A stretch of DNA of 63,951 nt, the filler included, from Craspedostauros australis (Eukaryota), in assembly GCA_030167865.1 (NCBI GenBank). It is 12 parts of 12 records of this genome, joined end to end, with 100 filler letters (N's around TTAATTAATTAA, not from the genome) between each part and the next. Parts side by side here need not be neighbours in the genome. Positions count along the whole stretch, not along the records: positions 53,103 to 58,052 come from JALAGF010003943.1; positions 58,153 to 60,532 come from JALAGF010003944.1; positions 60,633 to 62,200 come from JALAGF010003949.1; positions 62,301 to 63,951 come from JALAGF010003952.1; 8 more parts are not named here. One strand, 5' to 3'. The notes below the pieces were generated by a model. It made no database searches, was not told the DNA's origin, and saw only the letters and a program-made list of their open reading frames with translations. Made by a program: the position numbers and the translations under genes. Position 1 is the first letter of the stretch. The number at the start of each line of letters is the position of its first letter. Of the stretch, positions 55,230-63,951 are shown piece by piece.

Positions 55230-57990
55230 GTCCCAATCGCAGAACCTGTTGCGCGCATGCCGAGGATGCTGAGTGCTCTCGCAGGGTACAATAATACGCC
55301 CATCCAAAGGAGGAGCGAGACCTTGGATCAAGTGGAGAATGAGAATCAGAGGATGATGAAGGGTATGAGACCACTCAAGAGATGACTACCACACTACCGG
55401 CGACAGGAGGACCCAACTTTCACACAGAAGGGTCAACATTCAACAGAGATATCGCAGGTATGATGAATGACACCACTCATGAGAGAATGAGCCTGGGGAA
55501 CTTCATCACTGCGAACCAAGCATTGAACTACATACAGAACAAAGAAGGATCCGAGCAAGCAAATGACGCAATGATGCTGGATCCAACCACGATTGATGAA
55601 TGACGGGGTTATATGGATCCCAAGAAGAGCAATGAATGGCGGGAGGCCATGATGGAACGGTTCAGTGATAAGGCCACACTATGAGCATGGCAGAAGATCA
55701 AGAGGAACCGGACGCCGAATGATCGGCGAGATACCACAAGCACAGATTTGAGATCGATGTGCGATGAGAATGAAATCGACGAGAGAGAAAGCTTCAAATC
55801 TGGATATGACACAGCTATGAGAGCAAGAGCCATGAAGGGCAGATTCCAGATACAGTGAGCCAAGATACATCAATACAAGAGGAATAAGAAACGCGGGCAT
55901 GTTGGATGAAGAATCGAATGACAAAGCCGGAAGGGAGGAACCTCAAATGAATAGAGGAGGAGTAGCAGGATGCCGCCAATAACTCCCAGGACGAAGAAGC
56001 TGCAGCATACAGAATCGATGCTATCCAGAAGAGGATGAAGGCGATCGACAACATGGTTGCAAGGCAACACGACAACAGAGCTGGCAGCTTATCACAATAT
56101 GCCAACACCCAACGAGGGTGACGAACAAAGCATCAGAATCAGGAGATGACGATGGCTACGCAATTGCACAGGAGGCGATGACCGCTCCAGTGGCAACAGA
56201 CAGACCCAACTTCGACCAAGACGGGTCAATCATCAACAACCACGTCGCAGGCATGAAGATCAGTGCTATCCAATGAAGGATGAGAGTGATCGACTTCATC
56301 GCTGCGAGTCAGGATGTTGAGAGCGAACGCGACAGCGAGAGAGATTCGTGCACATCAACACTGGAATGATGCCGAGTGTATATGCGCCTAAGGAATGATA
56401 GGATCATGTGGATCCTGACGAGCGGAAGTGACAAAGCACAAGTGACTTGGAGGCAAGCTGCTGAAGGCAAGGGCCTTGAGTACTCTCCCATGAGACCAGT
56501 GGCGAGGATGCCACAGATGCTATGTGGCTTGGCACCACACCACAACGTGCCAGAACACCACTCCGACTCAGATTCAAACAGCGGAGGTGGTGAATCAGCT
56601 GAGGAAACAGAGCAGACCTCAGCAACCATGAAAGAGAGGATAAGACGTCCGAGCATGCATATACTACTATGATGCTGGACCCAATACATTCGAAGAATGT
56701 TGGGATCATGCGGATCCAGCAAAGCGAAAGGAATGGCGAGATGCCATCAAACACGAATTCTACGACATGGTCAGACGAGGAGTCTGGCAGAAGATCAAGA
56801 AGGACCAGATGCCAAAGGATCAGCAATGCGTGAAGACCAAGAGGGCCTTCAAGGAGAAGAGGAATGGCATGTTCCGCACCAGACTTGTGGCATGCGGATA
56901 CTTGCAGATCGCAGGAGTGGACTAACCCGTGATGCATGATGCAACCGACCGCGGAATGCTCACAATGAAGATGCTACTGAACATTGGACAGCATCACTAT
57001 CAACCTTGAGACAGCATTTCTACATGGAGATCTCAAAGAGGAGGTCTACATGCTTTGCCAGAAGGGCATGGAGCATGGTGAGAGCGAATGACTGTTGCTC
57101 AAAAAGATGATCAACGGGCTCACGCAAAGGGCACGACAATGGAAGAAGCTGGTCGACATCCTACTCAAATTGGGATTCGGACCAAGCCAAGTTGATCCAT
57201 GCCTTCTGATTCGGAATCAAGAAGGGAGACTGCTATTGATTGGAACCTACGTCGGCGACTGCCTATGCATCAAGAATGAACAGGAATTGAAGAAACTCAA
57301 GGAAGATATCAAAGCAGAGCGGTTCGGTACCAAGGTGGAGGATGATCTGGAAGACTACATCAGCTGCAAGATCGTATCCAACCGCGACAAGACGAACTAC
57401 CAGGTGAACCAACCATGCATCATCAAGAACGTCGCCAACACATTCAAGGATGACGCGATGAAGCTGCAACAGTATGGTACACCAGGAACACCAGGGCAAG
57501 GCACCCAAAAGGGATAACAATTCGCCCAAGGTGGACAGAGACCGACACAGCACATACCGAAGTGGAGTAGGTATGCTGCTTTATCAAATGAATCACTCGC
57601 GACCCGACATCGCCAACGCAACACGCGAACTGACCAAGGTGTTGGATGAACCAACGGCCGCAGCATACAAGGAAATGCTGGGGATCATGAAGTGCATGTC
57701 GGACATGAGAGAATATGGACCACGGATGAAGTCAAGTCCATTGGAGAACGATGCATGGAAGATTGTGATCTACACCGACAACGAGTTCGGTGGTGACAAG
57801 GACAATCGCATCAGTATGGGAGGACACATCGTCCTACTACAAGGAGTGCCGATAATCTGGAGATGGAAGGGCACAGCACAGTGTGACACTGAGCTCAATG
57901 GAGGCTGAGCACACCACACTATTGGAGGCCGGAAATGAGATCCGCTTCCAGACTCAACTGATGAACACCATCGGGTTGAGGACACAAGGG
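55230..57990 (+). mobile_element. Decayed Ty1/Copia LTR retrotransposon pol (RT-RNase H)
   Basis: EWRDAIKHE, RLVACGYLQ, ETAFLHGDLKEEVYM, DPCLL..TYVGDCL, YRSGVGMLLY...SRPDIANATREL, YTDNEFGGDKDNRIS and LSSMEAE, broken by stops and frameshifts. The rest of scaffold 53103-58052 is probably also TE relic. Confidence 0.9.
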
Positions 57991-58152
57991 CCACATCATC
58001 CAATTGCGATTCGCAATGGATTAATGATGAGAATGAGAATGGTGATGGTGATNNNNNNNNNNNNNNNNNNNNNNNNNNNNNNNNNNNNNNNNNNNNTTAA
58101 TTAATTAANNNNNNNNNNNNNNNNNNNNNNNNNNNNNNNNNNNNNNNNNNNN

Positions 58153-58515
58153 GCCCAACCGACTTCGGATTGAAGGTACTCTTTGTTTTTGATGTACTGT
58201 TTTACATCCGGTGTGTTCTTCGGCTTTGTGGCTTCTGTGCAGACGTGTGAGTGAGAAATGTCCATTGTGCGCACATCATACGTGCACAACCAATCAATTT
58301 ACTCACCACTACGTACCTGCCAACGCGACCTCCTCCATGTGCGTAATCCACAAGTTCCTGTAGTTGCGAGCGAAGTTTGCGCGGCTGAACACGTGCAGTT
58401 CAGGGTACTTGTCGTAGACGAAGTTCGCAGAGTAGGATTGTAGGATTTCACCACACTCTATCTTTCGTTTCAGCTCCACTACCTCGGGTGCGGTGCGCTT
58501 CCAGGATTTAGCCAT
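58153..58515 (-). CDS. Small Myb/SANT-like domain protein (probable DNA-transposon accessory ORF), partial; intron 58235-58316
   Basis: MAKSWKRTAPEVVELKRKIECGEI...FARNYRNL, with an in-frame GTACGT...CAG intron. Homologous to the ORF at 62301-62799. Confidence 0.5.
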
Positions 58516-59784
58516 GCTAGCAGTTTGATGAATGTAGTTGAGGGAGGCCTTGCTATTTTGTGAGTACATTCCACCGTCAGCATCCATGCATCCACTCATG
58601 CAACACAACAGCTCGTCGGCCTGCTAGATTACTACGTTGATGTACATGGGACAGATTGAGTTACAGCATCGCACAGGGTGAACGAATTCATGTAGCAGTA
58701 GGATTCTACACCCACAGTACAGTGTGACACATCACATGTCAGTGTGTGTTAGTACTCGTTTGTTGACTCCATGGCTGCTGGCACCTGACTCTTCGGTGGT
58801 GTACAGATCAGTGGATGGCCATGTCACTGTGCAAAGATCGTCGCATGCAGGCGGCTTCAACTCCGTAGTGAATGTTGACAACACCTATTCTATAGAACAA
58901 TCGGTGTCACTGCCACAAGTGATGTCATCGTGGGGCCTACGATATGAATAGATTCATCGCATCTTTTGCAGCAGCCTAGCAGTTTAGATCCTCGCTCTCG
59001 CACGACGTGTGTTGACGTCCCATAGTGTTACATCATTGGTTGGTTTCCGCCACGTGACATGTAGGATGTGATATACAGCATTCCACGTCAGTTGTAGTTG
59101 AACCATACGCACGTCATCCATGTCATGTCAACAGGTCGACAGACACCACGCTATCCCTTCTTCGTGCGCAAGAAACGTTTGATCACATGACGTGTGCACC
59201 ACACGGGGAACGCAAGGTTGACACGCACTTGGAGCCGCGGCACCCGCACATGCTCCACGCGGTTCCGACAGTCGGATCCAACTCCATTTTTTCGCTTTTG
59301 CACACAACCAGTATCATTGCAGGACGAAGACATCAGTGCGACCACGACCATGCGGTTGTGTTTGTTCACTGATGGAGGGATGCCAACTGGCGTGGTCGCG
59401 CAAAGACATTCCTGTTTGCACGACTGGTGGTAAATTGTGACGTTGGTGTGCGAGTCGTAATGGACACTTTCTGTGATGGCACTTTCCGCCACTGAACAAC
59501 GCACGCCATTTTTTCTTTGTGTTGTCAGTGCTGCGACCACGAAATTACAAGACGCGCACAATTTGTGGTTTGCACACGGTTGGATGCATCATCCGCGTCG
59601 CCTGTCGTTTGTGTTGGCGCGTTGTCCTCGTTCGTGAGGTGTTTTTGTTCATGTTCGGAGTTGCCCTTGCGGCACACCAGGATATGCATGTCAACATGTA
59701 CACATGAGCGTCATCATGTCGCTACCCTGCATGTTGGAGGATGCGTGTCAGCATTACGACAACTGCATTTGCGCACCGACACAG

Positions 59785-59860
59785 CATCGTATGCGTGTCA
59801 ACGTATGCGTGTCATCGTATGCGTGTCATCGTATGCGTGTCATCGTATGCGTGTCATCGT
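59785..59860. repeat. 14-bp minisatellite CATCGTATGCGTGT x5
   Basis: Read directly from the sequence. Confidence 0.92.
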
Positions 59861-60040
59861 CTGCACTTCAGAATGCGCACATACGCATGTCAGCTGTTGC
59901 ATGTCAACCTTTGCTTCGCATGTCGGCTTCATCAACTGGACCGGCACATGCACATTTCAGCGACTGCACATCAGCGTTCTTACGCATGCGCTTCCCAGGT
60001 TTCGCAACTCCACAGATTTGCACATTTTCGTGTTGGCAAT

Positions 60041-60119
60041 TTCCCATCCGCGGATTTGCATGTCAGTATTTTCCCATCCGCTGATTTGCATGTCAGCATT
60101 TTCCCATCCGCTGATTTCC
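60041..60119. repeat. 30-bp tandem repeat x2.6
   Basis: TTCCCATCCGC.GATTT at 60041, 60071 and 60101. Confidence 0.9.
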
Positions 60120-60448
60120 CCAGACATACAACGGACATGGCTACGACAACCCGGTGACATTTCTCCACACCATTGCAACGCTAATCATCCGTGGCTGACT
60201 TGCACCTTGGTCAACGAAGCGATGGCGACTGTAGAGCCTGCATGGGCACACCGATTCCACGCACAGTTGTGCGCCTCTTCTGCCTTGTAGGCTTTGCCAT
60301 TTGTTGCTATTGCTCAGTGGTAAACCGTGCAAACCAAGTATAACAGAGAAATGCTATTTTTGCTAAATGTCGTCTGCGATATCGCTTGGACATGACTGCG
60401 ACATGCTCACGACATACGCTAATCTGGCATCCCACGTATTGATGAGCT

Positions 60449-60532
60449 GCAGGGAAAATGCATGCGCAGGGAAGTGCATGCGCAGGGAAGTGCATGCGCA
60501 GGGAAGTGCATGTGCAGGGAAGTGCATGTGCA
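60449..60532. repeat. 16-bp minisatellite GCAGGGAAGTGCATGY x5, running into the gap
   Basis: Read directly from the sequence. Confidence 0.92.
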
Positions 60533-61403
60533 NNNNNNNNNNNNNNNNNNNNNNNNNNNNNNNNNNNNNNNNNNNNTTAATTAATTAANNNNNNNNNNNN
60601 NNNNNNNNNNNNNNNNNNNNNNNNNNNNNNNNCAACTGGTGGTTTCTGGTGGTCTCCAGAAAGGACGTGGAACCCTGGAGGGATTCCAAAGAGAGACGCT
60701 AGCGCTAAGTAAAGAGAAGCCTTGAACCCTGTTCGTTTGTCTTCAAAAATGTCAAAAAAGACAACATTGATCTTTTTTGGACAACCAGAGAACATCACAG
60801 TTAAACAAGAATCGTCCTTGGCATGTGCTTCATTCGGGCGTTGTGTGCTTGACTTGTGCTGGAAACAGTTTTGAATTATTTTGATCCAATCGATGAGTTT
60901 CCAACCGTTCGACAGATAAGAGGTCATGCGTACAGACGGATCTTCTGCCATGTACATAGCACCAGAATGAATTGACGATCGTGTGGGAAATTGTTGGTTG
61001 GGGTTGCTCCAGCGGCTTTCGGAGCGTCGGGACAACGGAGGAGGTTCCGTTCGGCCTCCCAAAAATCAGTGCAGCAACAACAACAGTCCACCTCCGCAAC
61101 CCCAAACAACTCAAACACAATCACAACCAACAGGCAGAAAAGAGACAACCAGAGTGACAACAGCATCAAGCATCATTGTTGCAGACAACAGTAAAGACAC
61201 AAAAAGCAACAGCGCACTCCTTGACAACGACATGCAATCGATAAACAATCAAGTCACATAGAATCAAGAACAGCCCGAACAACCTCTGTCAACAACAAGA
61301 CCAATTGAATCGAAACAGGTGATGAAAGTGCAAACCGTGCAACATCGAACACATCCATGCTGGAGGCGTGAGTGAGCCAATGCACAGGCATCGTCCATAG
61401 GCA

Positions 61404-61612
61404 GCAGGAGATCATTCGCAGCTCCACGACAAGTCAACCATCCACAGCCGCACCATCCAATCCACAGTGATGGTCGATAGGCAGGAGATCATTCGCGACT
61501 CCACGACAAGTCAACCATCCACAGCCGCACCGTCCAATCCACAGTGATTGTTGATGTGCAGCAGGAGATCATTCGCAGCTCCACGACAAGTCAACCATCT
61601 GCAACCGCAACA
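61404..61612. repeat. ~78-bp tandem repeat x3
   Basis: GCAGGAGATCATTCGC..CTCCACGACAAGTCAACCATC at 61404, 61481 and 61561. Confidence 0.9.
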
Positions 61613-62300
61613 TCCTATCTTTCGCAGACTCACTCTTTTCTTTTATAGTGCAAACATTTATTTTTATGAACTTCCCGTGGTGCATTATCGATGCCATTCA
61701 GTATTTTCGATCCCAACCTTGGGCTGAACATCGTGCCTTGGACATGCCACCGGACATTGAAGAGCACCTTATTCTTCGATTGTCTGTGAACAGGTGCCCT
61801 CCTTTGGCGTCCATGCATCCATGTCACACATATGCACATACTCTTTCTTGTCGCGCTCGTTGGCGGTCTTTTTGCCTCGTTTGTCTGCACCTATGTTGGT
61901 TGCAGTTGTGATGGTACTGCCACTCTTACGCTTCTTGGTTCCGCCTGAACTAATGAGCCTCTTGTTCGCGTCGATCGTTGCAGCGAAGAATGTCTTGATC
62001 TTGGTTCGACTAGTTTGCATCCTGGCGAGCCAGTTGGTTCGCAAGGGCCCGGTGTTGCACAAGGTTTCATATGCAGTGTACGCAGTCAGCTGATGAGCCT
62101 TGACACGTTCACCCTCAAGCTTCAATTCCAGCAAAGCTGCAGCTACCTCTGGATCAAGCTTGGATCGTCCCTGGGTGCTCGAGAATGCCCAACCACTGTT
62201 NNNNNNNNNNNNNNNNNNNNNNNNNNNNNNNNNNNNNNNNNNNNTTAATTAATTAANNNNNNNNNNNNNNNNNNNNNNNNNNNNNNNNNNNNNNNNNNNN

Positions 62301-62799
62301 CTGGTGGTGAAGGAGGGTGTTTCATGGTGTTTGTTTGTTGCGATGGTGGTGGTGGCTGCGTTGTTGCGTTGTTGTTGTTGTTGTCTAGGTTCGTCAGGTT
62401 GATGTCGTTCCGGACCATTCGAGAAGCTTCCCGAATCGATTTCGCGTGCGCAGCAAGCTCCGACACGGTTGGAGATTCGTTGGCGTCTCTCTGGACTGAA
62501 AACCCCAATCACGAGTAAAAAAATTTTAGTCACGTTTTATGAGTCACGCACACAGTAGTCGAGCAAATCATGATTGCACACGTCATGAATCCAAGGTACT
62601 TACTTTGCTCCTGTCTGACCTTCGCACGCAGATTCGACAGATTCCGGGGAAATTCGCTTTGGATGAATTGGCGTGCGATTTCGGAGTTGTTCCACACCTC
62701 TTTTGCGGTCCACTCGGGTCGGATGGCTCCGGTCTGGATGTGCGTTTTAAGTAGTTGCACCTGTGAGCAACTGTATACCCAACGTTTCGGCTTGGCCAT
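62301..62799 (-). CDS. Small Myb/SANT-like domain protein (probable DNA-transposon accessory ORF), partial; intron 62496-62603
   Basis: MAKPKRWVYSCSQVQLLKTHIQTGAI...FPRNLSNLR, with a GTAAGT...CAG intron joining to QRDANESP. Confidence 0.5.
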
Positions 62800-63160
62800 A
62801 TTTCTGTTTTGTGTCTCCTTTCCACCAAACACTCTTGTGGTGCATCCTGATGTGCACATGGTCTTATTTGCGGTACAAACAAACGAGTTGTGTATTGGCC
62901 TGCCTGCCTGCCTGATAGTACTGGTGGTAATAGTCATGGTATTCCCGCTTCGTTCTGTACTTCCAGCGGAACTAATAAAGTACAACCTCTATGTAGCATA
63001 TTACATAGCATTTGTTCAGCGGTATCCCACATGGACGATGGCGGGTCGCACAACACTATCGACGCAAGTGCCAGCAAGAGCTCCTCCCTGTACAATAGTA
63101 AAAAGAAATCCCACTTCATTGTTGAAGGGATTGTTCCACCTTCCCAAAGAAATAAATTGT

Positions 63161-63310
63161 AATTCCACCCGGAATTATAATTTAAATTATTTTGGAATTC
63201 CGAGCGTATTCTTCATGTGACCACGACGGCAGTGTGAGATCTTTCCCTTTTTGGGTGGAATTGCTGGGGAGAGAGGGCCGGAATTATAATTTAATTTACA
63301 TTACAATTCC
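63161..63310. repeat. AT-rich block with 17-bp direct and 10-bp inverted repeats (possible transposon subterminal region)
   Basis: CCGGAATTATAATTTAA at 63169 and 63278; AATTCCACCC at 63161 versus GGGTGGAATT at 63253. Confidence 0.6.
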
Positions 63311-63951
63311 GTTCGACCTCGTAGTATTTCCATGTTGGATGGGAATCTTTCCACATCCCCACGTAGAACTGATGTAACTTCCCTACCTGATGAAGGTCAC
63401 GAACTGCGCTGCATGCCTAAAAAGCTCCACTACGAGAAGGCACCTCCTCCGTTTCTCTTAGCGTTCCCGCGTCCCACTCAAGTCACGCACCCCCCTGCAG
63501 CGCGCGCCCGCAACCAAAATGCGCGGTCGTTTGATCGTCACGTGTTGATCGAACGCGACAGCCAAGCCGACAGCATGGACTGCTGCAACGACGTTGAGTG
63601 GAGCAGTCTACCTTTCATACTGTGTAAGTCCTGCATTGCATTGGAGGACAACAGATCCCTAATGACAACCGCAACCTCACTATGTAGGCACGTTTGTATA
63701 GGTCGCACCATGCCACAATCATTCCTCTATTGGCATGCGTACAGCAGACAGTCCAATGCATCGCGCGTTGCTCTATTATGTATACTACCGTGGCTGTTGC
63801 AAATTACATTGTTGTAGCCACATGTAAGCCACACAGTAGAGACGGATTGCATCAAGTGGGACATGAAACACCATCCGATGCAATCGAAGTCATGGGAGGC
63901 TGAAGCACTACTTGTACAGAGCATGCCACACCGACATGCTACTAGTTGGCA

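Noticed and set aside
60633..62200. Short minus-strand ORFs (60577-61062, 61769-62134) as genes
   Set aside because: They are truncated by linkers or interrupted by stops, with no recognisable domain, so no call can be supported.
5935..62300. Recurrent TTAATTAATTAA motif as a biological repeat or piggyBac target site
   Set aside because: It is always centred in an exactly 100-nt N block, so it is an assembly linker. Clusters spanning it are not real neighbourhoods.

Overview
Eukaryotic nuclear DNA, most likely from a diatom. This is inferred from GT-AG introns, bipartite signal-peptide plus ASAFAP-type plastid presequences, and diatom-type transposons. The window is an artificial pseudomolecule: 12 separate scaffolds joined by eleven 100-nt N/TTAATTAATTAA/N linkers, so neighbours across a linker are not physically linked. 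Mobile DNA includes an apparently intact Ambal-like LINE (ORF1, plus an APE-RT ORF2 that runs off the left edge and is missing from the ORF track) and the 3' end of a tyrosine-recombinase (DIRS/Ngaro-type) element. There is also a Harbinger-like transposase beside a 214/230-bp tandem array, a Sola3-like transposase, a decayed Copia, and two homologous small Myb-like ORFs. Host genes include tRNA-Asn, plastid bS21, a ferric reductase/NOX fragment, flavin reductase, a PsbP-like lumen protein, a plastid-targeted carrier protein, a DHHC palmitoyltransferase, a TPR protein, an FkbM methyltransferase, and argA and FAD-monooxygenase pseudogenes. The most striking observation is the ~770-nt non-coding tail behind the recombinase ORF. 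It is densely structured and carries, antisense, an 85-nt non-canonical tRNA-Ser(GGA)-like cloverleaf and a second cloverleaf of similar topology. All calls come from reading motifs by eye; no database searches or folding programs were run.
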